A DNA stretch of 64,000 nucleotides, taken from the NCBI GenBank assembly GCA_013375475.1, contig JABXKD010000004.1, positions 10,659 through 74,658 of the forward strand, read 5' to 3'. The DNA is from Promethearchaeota archaeon (GTDB taxonomy: Archaea; Asgardarchaeota; Lokiarchaeia; Sigyniarchaeales; SOKP01). The position numbers and the translations under genes were made by a program. Positions 46,172 through 55,882 of the stretch are shown piece by piece (position 1 is the first letter of the stretch; every line of letters starts with the position of its first letter). The notes under the pieces were generated by a model, which was given only the letters and a program-made list of their open reading frames with translations, ran no database searches and was not told the origin of the DNA.

Positions 46172-48532
46172 TTATTTGTTAATTTTGCTTTTGACTACTA
46201 TTGGAGGTGCCAGTTTTAGCATTTTAAAATTGTCTAATAAGTTTTCGAAACACTTATCGGTAACAACAAATTTACCTGGTGCTCTAGATAGTATCTGAGA
46301 GTTAGAAACTTTCTCAGTGTGGTTAATTATCATCTTCCCGTAGTAATTCTTAGATAGCTCGTGAATATCGTAAGACTTATCGTTAATTTTGTATAATTTA
46401 CATTTCAAAAGTTGTTGTTTTAACGTGTAAATTACTTTTATTGTCCATTTTTTAAAAGTTGGGAATTGTTTCAAAACTTTTATGTCAATTGACTCCAACT
46501 GATTGTTTTTAATTAATTCGCTTAGTTTTAACGATACAAATTTTTTAAAATCCAACTTTAGTTCCTGTAGTGATTGCTTCTTTAAGGTATCACTTTTAAA
46601 TTCGTTTAGATAGGATGGATTTGTGAAGATTTTTGAATGACGCTCGAAACCAATTATTCTCAGTACCTTACTCTTATAATTTGGCTTCTGTATTATCTTT
46701 AAGTAAGTTTTATTTAGTTCTTTCAAAATTTTCCGCTGGATGAAATCGCTAAAAAATTGTCGGACGCTGTCTTTTTTTGGTAGAAAACTGGTTTTAAACT
46801 TCTCATCGATTTTATCGTAGGCTTCTAGCTCATCGATTTGGTATTCTTTTAATTCGGTTATAATCTCGAAAGGAATATACGTTGAAACAAAATCTATTCC
46901 TTCCCATACGAGTTCTATTGCTGTTTTTATGTTGATTCTTCTTAATGGCCTTATAATTTTAATATTGCCCGCTTTAATTGCGATTGGAGTTGTCATACAT
47001 AATATCAGATCAAAAGGTTTAATTTCATGCGTTAGAGGATGATTATTATCAGGTATTAAGAAACCATCAGAAAATTGGCAAATGTAACTTCCTAACATGG
47101 GTTTTTGGACTAAATCCCACTCAATTAAAGTAAAGTTTTCAAGTTCCTTCAGATTGACTTGGAAATCTAAATCTACAACTCTATCAGCATATACCGTGTT
47201 CTTTATTTTTGGATTTTCTTTTCCCCAGAAATTTTTTACTAAATTTCTAACAGGATTATTCCCATCGAATATCTTGCTAAAAACGGGGTAATTTTCGATA
47301 AAATAGCTTTGTTCAAGATATTCTAAGTGATGTCGTTCGAGCCCACACTTTTCTAAGATATAATAATACAGAGGTGTTTCAGATCTAGAGGAAGAAGCCC
47401 AGATAAGCGTAGGATAGTTGTATTTATAAGTAAATTTCATTTGTTTAAGTTTATCGGCATGAGTATTTGCAATCACTAATGACCTAAGAAATGCGTGTTT
47501 CTGTTTAAGGCCCTCTAAATAGAGATCTGTCAACTTTTCCTTATAAACACCAATCTTAGAATAAATAACGCTATTATTATTGAATTTGCAATTTTCCGCA
47601 ATATTTAAATAGCCATCCATGGTATCTTCTGATTCCATATTCAAAATCGCTTCGTTAACGCTTTCTAACATATATTTTGCGACTTCCTCCTTTAAATCTA
47701 ACTTTCTACTCTTAGGAAGATCCTTAAAAAAATCGTCTAAATATATTCCAGAGGCAAACTTATGGAGTAATAGATATCTAAGAATTGGATTTTCTACAGC
47801 GATTACATCAATTTTTTTAAGTGTCTCAATGACAAGGTCTTTAGGGAAATTGAGTAAAAGATCTCGTAAGTTGAGGATCGTATCGATTTTTCTGTATAAT
47901 TCGTAGTCTATTATGCTTTTAAAGGTAGAGTTTAAAAAATTAGGGTAATCGGTAATGTACCCTCTAATTTCTTTGAATTTTACTGAATATTTTATAAACT
48001 GGTCGTATAACTTGTACTTAAGGCTAATATCTGCGATCTTCTTAATGTAATCTAAATTATTAGATTCCTTCTGAGCTTGCTCTAAAAAATTAATAGCTTC
48101 GTAATATTTGGATTCTTTTATTAACTCCTCTGCTTTTCCTATAAAATTTTCAGTTTTACTTTGCTGGATGAGATTAAAGCTTGAGGAGAAGTTTATTGTT
48201 CTTATATCTTGACACACGCTTTTGCATATATCCGGTTCAAGTAGAAGTAAAACCTTAACGATATGTTTACAGAATTTGGTATTTTTTTTAAAATCAGGGC
48301 AGTCGTGGACAATATTTACCCGTTGATCGTCCTTAAAGATATTTACTACATATTTTGAGTTACCAGAGCCCTGGATGTTGGCTAAAATTTTTATTTGGGG
48401 GCTCTTCTGGACACTAAAATTAATGATGTTCCTGTTAGGAATACTCTTTCCTCGATTGAATCTAGCTCCTAGTACATTCCTCTTGAATAATTCCCCATTT
48501 TGAATGTAATTTTTAAGATCTATTTTGTTCAC
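46172..48532 (-). CDS. 786-aa SWIM-like zinc-finger protein with long helical-repeat body; third gene of the MoxR-VWA operon
   Basis: HDCPDFKKNTKFCKHIVKVLL (H-x-C...C-x-H, SWIM-like), then TPR-like helices (KYYEAINFLEQAQKESNNLDY...). 23-nt gap to the VWA gene. Confidence 0.55.
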   Translation of the reverse strand: MNKIDLKNYIQNGELFKRNVLGARFNRGKSIPNRNIINFSVQKSPQIKILANIQGSGNSKYVVNIFKDDQRVNIVHDCPDFKKNTKFCKHIVKVLLLLEPDICKSVCQDIRTINFSSSFNLIQQSKTENFIGKAEELIKESKYYEAINFLEQAQKESNNLDYIKKIADISLKYKLYDQFIKYSVKFKEIRGYITDYPNFLNSTFKSIIDYELYRKIDTILNLRDLLLNFPKDLVIETLKKIDVIAVENPILRYLLLHKFASGIYLDDFFKDLPKSRKLDLKEEVAKYMLESVNEAILNMESEDTMDGYLNIAENCKFNNNSVIYSKIGVYKEKLTDLYLEGLKQKHAFLRSLVIANTHADKLKQMKFTYKYNYPTLIWASSSRSETPLYYYILEKCGLERHHLEYLEQSYFIENYPVFSKIFDGNNPVRNLVKNFWGKENPKIKNTVYADRVVDLDFQVNLKELENFTLIEWDLVQKPMLGSYICQFSDGFLIPDNNHPLTHEIKPFDLILCMTTPIAIKAGNIKIIRPLRRINIKTAIELVWEGIDFVSTYIPFEIITELKEYQIDELEAYDKIDEKFKTSFLPKKDSVRQFFSDFIQRKILKELNKTYLKIIQKPNYKSKVLRIIGFERHSKIFTNPSYLNEFKSDTLKKQSLQELKLDFKKFVSLKLSELIKNNQLESIDIKVLKQFPTFKKWTIKVIYTLKQQLLKCKLYKINDKSYDIHELSKNYYGKMIINHTEKVSNSQILSRAPGKFVVTDKCFENLLDNFKMLKLAPPIVVKSKINK

Positions 48533-48555
48533 CTTTAGAGGTAATTGGAATTAAT

Positions 48556-51138
48556 TCATTGATTAGTGATAATGTCAGATATTAATTTAGGAAAGTCTCT
48601 CCATTGATTTAATGTTAAAAGAACTCCATCAGCTTCTTTTACCATTTTGTTTGCCATTACTGGAGAAAATCCGAATTTTGGGACAACCATAACGAATCTT
48701 ATATCTTTTTCTTTCATTAATTTTAATTCCCTTAGACTATTATTGAAGTCAAAAACATCTGCGTCAGTGAAAAGTATATTGATTTTGTACTTCGAGCGCG
48801 CTTTTTTTTCAAACTGAAGGTTTGCCCATTTAAGTGCGTGGTTTATGCACGTGCCTCCTCTTGCGGTAATATCGAGTAATTCATCCACAACTTTTTCTAA
48901 TTCAACTTCCTCGTCAAGATTCTTTAACTTATGTGTATTAGATTCAAAAAAAGTGAGTGCGAGTTCTTCTGGTTTAAAGGCATATACCAACATTGTTGTA
49001 CATAACGCCATTTGAGCTAACTTGTTTCCTGACATGCTTCCGCTAATGTCCAGTTCAAGAACCAAGCATCGGAGACCATCGGTAGTTTTTGATACAAGAA
49101 AATCGTCGTTGGTAATGGTTTCTACCGTTTTTCCACCCTCCAATAAATTACTTATAGTCTCTTCTAAATCAATTAATTCAAAATCGTCTCCTAAAGTGTA
49201 AGGGATCACAACGTTCTCTACAAGAGGTCCGGACTTAGCGGTACCAATTAAAGAATTTGCCGCATTAATACCTAAATCAATCATTATTTGTTTTATGATC
49301 TCTTTCAGCCTCGTCTTGATTTTAGCCGAGACATTATGTCTTGAATAAAACCATTGCTCCAAAAGATCCAAACCGCTCCCCGCTCCAAGAGAGGAGAACG
49401 CCATATCAAGAGCATCGTCCCCCATTTGCTCAGCAGACTTTAATACTTGAGCTAGATTTTTCTCGCTTAACGCGCTCAGAACTTCTAAATTAGGTGGTTT
49501 TTGGGGAGCTCCTCCTAATGCTATTTTAACTATCTCGTCAATCTGCTGGGGAGTTAATCCCAACTGTTCAAGATATTCCTTATATGTCTGGTAATCCGAT
49601 TGATTCTCCTTAACTAATTGTTTAAAGATTTTATAGCTCTTCTCGATTAAGTTAAGAACCTCTGTCTCAGTCATTCCGAGTCTTTTACCTGCATTTTTTA
49701 TGGAATTTATATCGGGAGAAAAACCCATCTTGTTAAAATCTTTGACCATATTTTTTAACGACTCTTTACTCGCAGCATTTTCGACTGCTTTATCAACTAA
49801 TTCAGAAACTTTATTATTCAGTTGCGATTGGCAAGAAAGATCACTACAATTATTTTTAGATTCATTTAAGTTATCGATGTAATTCTTCATCTGGGCATCA
49901 ATCATTTGTCTATCGTTGTAATCGTCGCTAATTGATTGTAAATCTTTATCAATAATCTTTGACATTAATTTTCGCCATGCAGGAGTCTTAATAGGGTTGT
50001 TAATTAATTCCTGTTTAATGTCAGTTGAACTTTTTCCTTTACTAAAATTATCGAAATTTTCGTTAATCTCGTTTAGATATTTTTCGCTTAGACTGTCTCC
50101 AAAAAATTGATCAAAATTCTTTGCGTTATTATAAGCGTCTTTAAACGGCAGATTCAAACTGCTGTTTAAAATATCATCCATTTTATTCTTCGCTAAATTG
50201 GGATTTGATCCCAAGATTTTTGACGTGTTAAAAATATCGTTTAAGTTCTTGTTGGATTTAGAAAGATTTTGTTTCAAAAGATTTTTTACTATATCTTGAC
50301 CTTGCTGGTTTAATTTATTAGATTTCAAGGCAAATTCTGCGATGTTCAACCCTTCAAAGGAATTTTTGCTTAAAACTTTCGATAGTTTTTCTTTAAATTT
50401 GTCCAAGTTTTTGTCCTTAGCCAGTTGAGATATCATTTTTTCTTTTAACGATTCAGATTTTGATATTATATCGTCTAACAAATCTAATTTTTCAGCTGCA
50501 TCTATATCCTCGGGCTCTAAATGGTTCATTTTGTTTTTTAATAATTCTTTTGCGTAATCGATCATTGCCTTTAAATCTTTAAATTGATTGAAGTTGGGTA
50601 TCGCGTTCTTATCTATGACATCTAAAGCGGTCTTATATGGATCTTCTTCCAATTCTTTACTAAATCGGTCAAAAAAATCGTTTAAACTCTCGTCCATTAG
50701 CTGGTCTAAATCGAGATCTTTTAATTCATTAAAAAAATTTTCTAATAATTCAAAATCGTCAAAAACCTCATCTAACTCGCTTAAATCTAATCCTATATCA
50801 TCAAGCAAGTCTTGGGCAGTCTCACTCCCAAACATATCAGATTTTATCACATCAGAAGACATACGGTTTTTTGAGGGATCGTTATAAGATAATAGTTCAG
50901 TAGCAATTTTACGAGCTAATGCTTGGTTTTCAAGAGGACTGGTAACGACTGCTATTTCGATAAAATCGCTAACTTCACACGCACCTCTATTCATAAACCT
51001 CGCGAGAATTAATTTGCAAATAGCGATTGCTTGACGAACCGACGGCTTATACATACATTTTTCGTGGTTTCGTAAGGCCGTTATAAATTTAAGTGAAAAC
51101 CAAACTGGGCTTTGGGGGAAAATTATCATCCAAATCAA
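48556..51138 (-). CDS. 860-aa protein with C-terminal von Willebrand factor A (VWA) domain
   Basis: MIDAS motif LVLELDISGSMSGNKL, followed by ARGGTCINHAL and ILFTDADVFD. The preceding approx 600 aa are acidic, Asn/Lys-rich and coiled-coil-like. The start codon choice is uncertain. Confidence 0.75.
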   Translation of the reverse strand: MIWMIIFPQSPVWFSLKFITALRNHEKCMYKPSVRQAIAICKLILARFMNRGACEVSDFIEIAVVTSPLENQALARKIATELLSYNDPSKNRMSSDVIKSDMFGSETAQDLLDDIGLDLSELDEVFDDFELLENFFNELKDLDLDQLMDESLNDFFDRFSKELEEDPYKTALDVIDKNAIPNFNQFKDLKAMIDYAKELLKNKMNHLEPEDIDAAEKLDLLDDIISKSESLKEKMISQLAKDKNLDKFKEKLSKVLSKNSFEGLNIAEFALKSNKLNQQGQDIVKNLLKQNLSKSNKNLNDIFNTSKILGSNPNLAKNKMDDILNSSLNLPFKDAYNNAKNFDQFFGDSLSEKYLNEINENFDNFSKGKSSTDIKQELINNPIKTPAWRKLMSKIIDKDLQSISDDYNDRQMIDAQMKNYIDNLNESKNNCSDLSCQSQLNNKVSELVDKAVENAASKESLKNMVKDFNKMGFSPDINSIKNAGKRLGMTETEVLNLIEKSYKIFKQLVKENQSDYQTYKEYLEQLGLTPQQIDEIVKIALGGAPQKPPNLEVLSALSEKNLAQVLKSAEQMGDDALDMAFSSLGAGSGLDLLEQWFYSRHNVSAKIKTRLKEIIKQIMIDLGINAANSLIGTAKSGPLVENVVIPYTLGDDFELIDLEETISNLLEGGKTVETITNDDFLVSKTTDGLRCLVLELDISGSMSGNKLAQMALCTTMLVYAFKPEELALTFFESNTHKLKNLDEEVELEKVVDELLDITARGGTCINHALKWANLQFEKKARSKYKINILFTDADVFDFNNSLRELKLMKEKDIRFVMVVPKFGFSPVMANKMVKEADGVLLTLNQWRDFPKLISDIITNQ

Positions 51139-51164
51139 TTCTAAATTTTAATTATGATTCTAAA

Positions 51165-52307
51165 TTACGCAGATCCTAATACCTGAGAAATAATATTGCT
51201 AATAACATCTTTAGATTTAACACCAGGCTTAGTCTGGATTGCTCCAAATAGCACATTGCTCGCAAGACTTCGAAGAATTTTATTTGGTTCCTCTGTTTTA
51301 TTTCTTTTTTGTGCCACACCAGTTAATCGAGCTAACGCAATACCACTTCGTAAACTTGCAGGTGACTGTATTTGATGATGAGTGCGCGTTCTATTGATAA
51401 TCAAGTATATTTTTTCTAGTATACTTTCTTCTACTTTATAGTAAGGATTGTTGTGTTCGATTATCTTCATTTCAGTTTTCTTATCTGGATAGTCAAGTTC
51501 AATCCAAACATTAAACCGATCCTTTAAAGCTTCACCTAATCGGTGTGTTCCTACCAATTCAGAAGGATTCATCGCACCAATAAAGAAAAATCCGGGTGAC
51601 GCTTTTACACGTCCTATATGTGGAACTGATACCGTTTTTTCTTCTAACGGTTCCAATAACGAGTTTTGCGTATATTCAGTAGCACGATTCACTTCGTTTG
51701 CTAAAAATAAGCCACCGTTTAACATAGCTTTTATGAGTGGGCCAGGGTTAAACGCTTCGAACGAGAACCCCTTCTGAATCGTAGTTGCGGGGTTAAAAGA
51801 ACCAATCAAGTGAGCTGGTTTCGTAGATTCGTCAAATGTAATCCACTCGAACGAGTCGTTTCCTGTAATCTCTGCCCGTGACTGAGCATAATACCTACAT
51901 AGCGTTGTTTTACCAATTCCGGGAGGTCCTACCAGAATTGGGTATAAATTAGAAGCATCAGCTTCGAACATTAAATCAAGAGCTTGTTCGTATTGCCCAG
52001 TCATTACTATTTCTAGTTTTTCCTCTTTCTGGGAAAGTAAACTTCTATCAAATAAATCTTTAAGAGTTGGTTTCTTTTGAGGTGTTTTGGATTCATTTTT
52101 CTGCTTTAAATAGGGAGAACTTTTCAAAATTGAAAGATTGTCCAGTACCTTTACTTTAGGTTTTTGTGGCGTTACTTTTTTAGGAGTAGGTTTTTGAGTT
52201 GTCGTTTTACTTGTCGTTTTACTTGTTGTTGTGCTAGTGGGAGCTGGTTTTGCATCTTTTTGATCTTTATTCATTTGATTATTTTTAGTTACGAGTTTCT
52301 TAGCCAT
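51165..52307 (-). CDS. MoxR-like AAA+ ATPase with T/K/P-rich low-complexity N-terminal tail
   Basis: Walker A LVGPPGIGKTT. MoxR box LFLANEVNRATEYTQNSLLEPLEEKTVSV, where the Walker B position reads N-E rather than D-E. Sensor region GAMNP. Tandem TSKT-TSKT repeat (12-nt DNA repeat around 52200-52240). Confidence 0.8.
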   Translation of the reverse strand: MAKKLVTKNNQMNKDQKDAKPAPTSTTTSKTTSKTTTQKPTPKKVTPQKPKVKVLDNLSILKSSPYLKQKNESKTPQKKPTLKDLFDRSLLSQKEEKLEIVMTGQYEQALDLMFEADASNLYPILVGPPGIGKTTLCRYYAQSRAEITGNDSFEWITFDESTKPAHLIGSFNPATTIQKGFSFEAFNPGPLIKAMLNGGLFLANEVNRATEYTQNSLLEPLEEKTVSVPHIGRVKASPGFFFIGAMNPSELVGTHRLGEALKDRFNVWIELDYPDKKTEMKIIEHNNPYYKVEESILEKIYLIINRTRTHHQIQSPASLRSGIALARLTGVAQKRNKTEEPNKILRSLASNVLFGAIQTKPGVKSKDVISNIISQVLGSA

Positions 52308-52501
52308 AATTAAAGACCTTTACATATAGATTTTTGCTTTTTGAAATTTTATTTTAGAAATAGAATTTCATATGATCAGTTTTACATTTTCAAATATATA
52401 AACCCAGACAATAACGAAAAAGTAAATTAGTGAATATTACTTTGAGGGATAGAACCAAGCCAAATTATGCCGAAGCAAACAATTACTTAATACTTAGGGT
52501 C

Positions 52502-52783
52502 TTACACCTTGGTTAAATGATAGACTTCAGGAGGTTTTAATTCCCACTCTTCAAAAGGATCGTCCTTAACGGCTTCAATCATAGCGGGTCTTGCAGCTAA
52601 CCAATTTTTTTTAGAATCCCATATTGCTAATCCAATTAGCTGGTTCTTGTCTTCGTCTTTTGTAGTATGGGCCATAATTAAACCCTTTTTCCCTTCCATG
52701 GCTCTACCAAATCGATGCATAGACTCAATTAACAGGTTTTCCTTTTTAGGTTTAGGAAAATGAAAGGAGATATGAAAATATAT
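52502..52783 (-). CDS. ABM-like (dimeric alpha+beta barrel) protein; N-terminus extended to a non-canonical ATA
   Basis: Track ORF starts at ATG 52720, but the frame is open to 52807 and reads ..FK-I-YFHISFHFPKPKKENLLIESMHRF.., which supplies beta-strand 1. AGGGGA (52790-52795) lies 6 nt upstream of ATA 52783. No ATG/GTG/TTG lies upstream of 52720. Confidence 0.5.
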   Translation of the reverse strand: MYFHISFHFPKPKKENLLIESMHRFGRAMEGKKGLIMAHTTKDEDKNQLIGLAIWDSKKNWLAARPAMIEAVKDDPFEEWELKPPEVYHLTKV

Positions 52784-52837
52784 TTTGAATCCCCTTCTCT
52801 TTTTTAATTATAGGTTCTTTTTTTTATAAAGCTATTT

Positions 52838-53665
52838 TTAAGGTGCTATGTTCAATATGATGACATAAACAAGTATAAGGTTTCCTAAAATAATACCGAT
52901 ATCTTTAAGCGACGTTCTCCCTAATAAATCTGTCCGGGGCTTCCTAAAAATATATAATATTCCAAAAGGAAAGAAAATTATAGGGAGAAATATAATTTTT
53001 TGGGTAACTATTAAAGACACTGCTGTGATTACAAGCGATGTTACCGATGCAATCCAGATCACTAATTGAGATATTCTAGGAGATAATTTTGACAGCGAAT
53101 CTCCATCGATTAATTCGTGTAACATTTGTCCAGTGTATCCAACCGAGGCTATAGAAAGTAGTATTAGCAATTCATGAAGCGTTAGATTAGGAAAGAAATT
53201 AAAGGCAATGTCACCAGCATTAATTTTTATCATCAACCAAGGCAATACTATGTGCGAGATTCCTAAAAAGATATGGTTAATAATAACAAGCGACTTGAAG
53301 AGGCAGTATACAACTGCTAGAATAACAATAACGGCTAAATATATACCTAGAATTGGATATACAACAATACTATTCATAAAACAAAAAGTCCCTATTAAGA
53401 AACTCGCTAGCGATATTGTTATAATTTCCTTAGGTCTATACCCTTCGACTCTTTTGAGCGTTTCTTTTTCGTCTGGATCCTTCATATCTATTACATCGTT
53501 CAAGGTATTACCCGTGATAGCATAAAAGGCAAATCCCGCTAATATCCATATGTGAGCAATGATCTCGTAGTTATTAAGATAGATGCTAAGTAAACAAGGC
53601 ACAAGTACGCTAAAGAGGTATTCAATTCTTAATAATTTAAAGCCATTACTCATAGGAAGAATCAC
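52838..53665 (-). CDS. UbiA-family prenyltransferase
   Basis: First Asp-rich motif NDVIDMKDPDE (NDxxDxxxD), second acidic motif ELIDGDS, about 8 TM helices. GTG start. Confidence 0.65.
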   Translation of the reverse strand: MILPMSNGFKLLRIEYLFSVLVPCLLSIYLNNYEIIAHIWILAGFAFYAITGNTLNDVIDMKDPDEKETLKRVEGYRPKEIITISLASFLIGTFCFMNSIVVYPILGIYLAVIVILAVVYCLFKSLVIINHIFLGISHIVLPWLMIKINAGDIAFNFFPNLTLHELLILLSIASVGYTGQMLHELIDGDSLSKLSPRISQLVIWIASVTSLVITAVSLIVTQKIIFLPIIFFPFGILYIFRKPRTDLLGRTSLKDIGIILGNLILVYVIILNIAP

Positions 53666-53744
53666 ATGAAGATATCTTATAATGAATTAATAATTCATAA
53701 AGTAAAAAAATTTAGGATTTTAAATTCTACTTTCTTATCTAACT

Positions 53745-53768
53745 AAATCTTTGTAGATCATATAGAGA
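53745..53768 (+). repeat. 24-bp perfect direct repeat, copy 1
   Basis: aaatctttgtagatcatatagaga, identical to 55393..55416. Confidence 0.9.
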
Positions 53769-54011
53769 GAACTTTTTTATTTAAAAATAACTAGATTTCA
53801 TTAATTTATTACTTGAGTTGGTATTTGGGATTAATGGGAGTTTTTAAGAATAGATATTGACTCCCTAAGTATAAATAAGTGAAATAATTCTATCTTTTTA
53901 AAGGCAATTTAAATATGTGTTTGCGTTAAGACTAAGAGTTGACAATTTTCATGAGACTAAAAGCACTAAATGTCATTCAAAACGCTTTAGGTGGAAAAAT
54001 GAACTAATTAA

Positions 54012-55346
54012 ATGAAATTTATTATGGAGAATCCAAATTCTTATAAGTATTGGTATGAAAAAGCGATGAAAAGTATTCATCCAGACTGTTTTTTTGGTTC
54101 ACCATCAAGAGATTTAGAAAGAGCGCTCGAATTAAATCCTCACCACATTGAATCATGGATATTTTTAGCAGGAATAGCATCTTGGTCTGAAGCCAACGAC
54201 GATTTAATTGGACTGATAGAGAGATTAATAAAATACGAACCTGCATCAGATTCGAATAATTTGTTTCAATTTGCTTCAGAGAAAGTCCTAATTGAAGATT
54301 ATTCTATGTTAAACGTTAAGGCTTGCGGTTACAATACAGATTTAAGCAATCTATTAAAAAGATTGGGAGAATTGTTTATTGCAGGTGTTTTCTACATTAA
54401 AAAAAATCCTCGTAAGAAGGGATTAGAATATTTAAAAATGGCTTTTTCGAAGAGAAGCTCTGAAAGAGAAGCAGTCATTTGGTACATCTATTCTCTTTGC
54501 TGTTCAAGTGATGAGAATTACGATAATGCAATTAATTATGCTCTAGAAGCTATTCAGATGGATTACGATTTTAAATCTGCTATATATCTACTTGGAGAAT
54601 CGTATTATCTTAAGGGTGAGTACAATAAAGCGATGAATATTATTAATACATTGATAAAAAAAGACTCTAATTTTAGAAAAGCTCTTAATTTAAGAAATAA
54701 AATTAAAGAAGTCGTTCAAAATGGTGATATTGAACAAGATTCGCTTTATCAGGGGCAAAATGTGAGTAAGGATGAACTTGATTTTTTAATAGAACTCGAA
54801 AAAGTTTTTGGTGTGTCCATTCCTGTAGTTAAAAGTGTTCTAACTGATAGGTACGGTGGAGTATTTGGATTTGTTGCTAAATCAGGGCATATTATAGAAC
54901 TAGGATTATCAGGAATTACTGAAGTTTCATTAAGACAGATACCTGAGGCTATAGGTCTCCTCAGGCACTTAGAAATTTTAACTATTCGAGATACATATCT
55001 AATGGATTTTCCGGAAAGCATTACATATTTAAAGAATTTAAAACACTTAGTATACAGTCATCATCCATTACCCTACAGTAAATTAAATCCTAACCAACTA
55101 CCAGAATGTATATGTTCTCTGACATCGCTTGAGATACTGGAGTTTGGGGTAAGCTCAATCACAACGCTTCCAGACTGTTTAGCACACTTCCCTAAATTAA
55201 AAAAAATCGATATTTCTCAATGCTATAAGATGGGGAAGCTATCTTCATTATTTCAAAAATGTTTTACCGAACAGAAATCTGAACGACAAAGGCTAAGAAT
55301 CTTAATTAGGCGTGATTATCCTACACAAAAACCGCAGCAAGATTAA
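54012..55346 (+). CDS. TPR plus LRR protein
   Basis: N-terminal and central TPR-like helices (AINYALEAIQMDYDFKSAIYLLGESYYLKGEYNKAMNIINTLIKKDSNFRKAL). C-terminal LRRs (LRQIPEAIGLLRHLEILTIRDTYLMDFPESITYLKNLKHL...LPECICSLTSLEILEFGVSSITTLPDCLAHFPKLKKIDIS). Confidence 0.8.
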   Translation: MKFIMENPNSYKYWYEKAMKSIHPDCFFGSPSRDLERALELNPHHIESWIFLAGIASWSEANDDLIGLIERLIKYEPASDSNNLFQFASEKVLIEDYSMLNVKACGYNTDLSNLLKRLGELFIAGVFYIKKNPRKKGLEYLKMAFSKRSSEREAVIWYIYSLCCSSDENYDNAINYALEAIQMDYDFKSAIYLLGESYYLKGEYNKAMNIINTLIKKDSNFRKALNLRNKIKEVVQNGDIEQDSLYQGQNVSKDELDFLIELEKVFGVSIPVVKSVLTDRYGGVFGFVAKSGHIIELGLSGITEVSLRQIPEAIGLLRHLEILTIRDTYLMDFPESITYLKNLKHLVYSHHPLPYSKLNPNQLPECICSLTSLEILEFGVSSITTLPDCLAHFPKLKKIDISQCYKMGKLSSLFQKCFTEQKSERQRLRILIRRDYPTQKPQQD

Positions 55347-55392
55347 ATTCCAGAGCTTCTTTCTCCTACCAAGGAAAATGATATGACAAAAA

Positions 55393-55416
55393 AAATCTTT
55401 GTAGATCATATAGAGA
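55393..55416 (+). repeat. 24-bp perfect direct repeat, copy 2
   Basis: aaatctttgtagatcatatagaga, identical to 53745..53768. Confidence 0.9.
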
Positions 55417-55456
55417 TTGCAAAAATTAAAAAAAGAGTATTAAAAATACGAGCCGA

Positions 55457-55582
55457 TTATTCATAAGCCTTGTTCATGCTTTCGAAGAAGGATTCTAAAT
55501 ATCTATAAGTTTTTGGAATATAATGCATCCTTTCACTAAATGAGCGATTACTAGTTTTTTTCTTGCTAATTTTATATGCCAT
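55457..55582 (-). CDS. Candidate 41-aa protein (tandem paralogue 2)
   Basis: Not in the track. MAYKISKKKTSNRSFSERMHYIPKTYRYLESFFESMNKAYE*. The upstream TAGGTGTA box contains AGGTG about 11 nt before the ATG. Confidence 0.35.
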   Translation of the reverse strand: MAYKISKKKTSNRSFSERMHYIPKTYRYLESFFESMNKAYE

Positions 55583-55620
55583 TATTTTTTTACACCTATT
55601 TGTTTTTTTTAAATCTAAAT

Positions 55621-55773
55621 TTAATATGGAAAGGAATCGATAATCCGTTTATAGGATACCTTTTTTAGAAGAGCTTCTGTGTTTTCAAAATACTTTGCGT
55701 CATATCTAGAATCATTCATAGCTCGAGTTAATCTTTTACTATTATTACTAACAATTCTGTTTACTAATGCCAT
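55621..55773 (-). CDS. Candidate 50-aa protein (tandem paralogue 1)
   Basis: Not in the track. MALVNRIVSNNSKRLTRAMNDSRYDAKYFENTEALLKKVSYKRIIDSFPY*. Same upstream TAGGTGTA box. Ungapped alignment with the 41-aa ORF shares MA, (K/R), (F/L)(S/T), M, (R/K)Y(L/F)E. Confidence 0.35.
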   Translation of the reverse strand: MALVNRIVSNNSKRLTRAMNDSRYDAKYFENTEALLKKVSYKRIIDSFPY

Positions 55774-55882
55774 TTTTATATACACCTAATTAAAATGAAT
55801 TAGAAAAGGTATATATATTTTCTGTATAAAGTATATATACGAAATAGAAAAATATATATAAAATATAAATTTCTTGTATAAT

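Noticed and set aside
53999-54007. Two-codon start-stop mini-ORF (ATG-AAC-TAA) 4 nt after AGGTGG, just upstream of the TPR-LRR gene
   Set aside because: It could be a reinitiation or coupling device, but a single instance of a 9-nt pattern cannot be supported from sequence alone.
55383-55466. 27-aa plus-strand ORF (MTKKIFVDHIEIAKIKKRVLKIRADYS) containing repeat copy 2
   Set aside because: Copy 1 of the 24-mer is preceded by an in-frame stop and has no matching ORF. The ORF also overlaps the 3' end of the 41-aa minus-strand candidate. No independent support.
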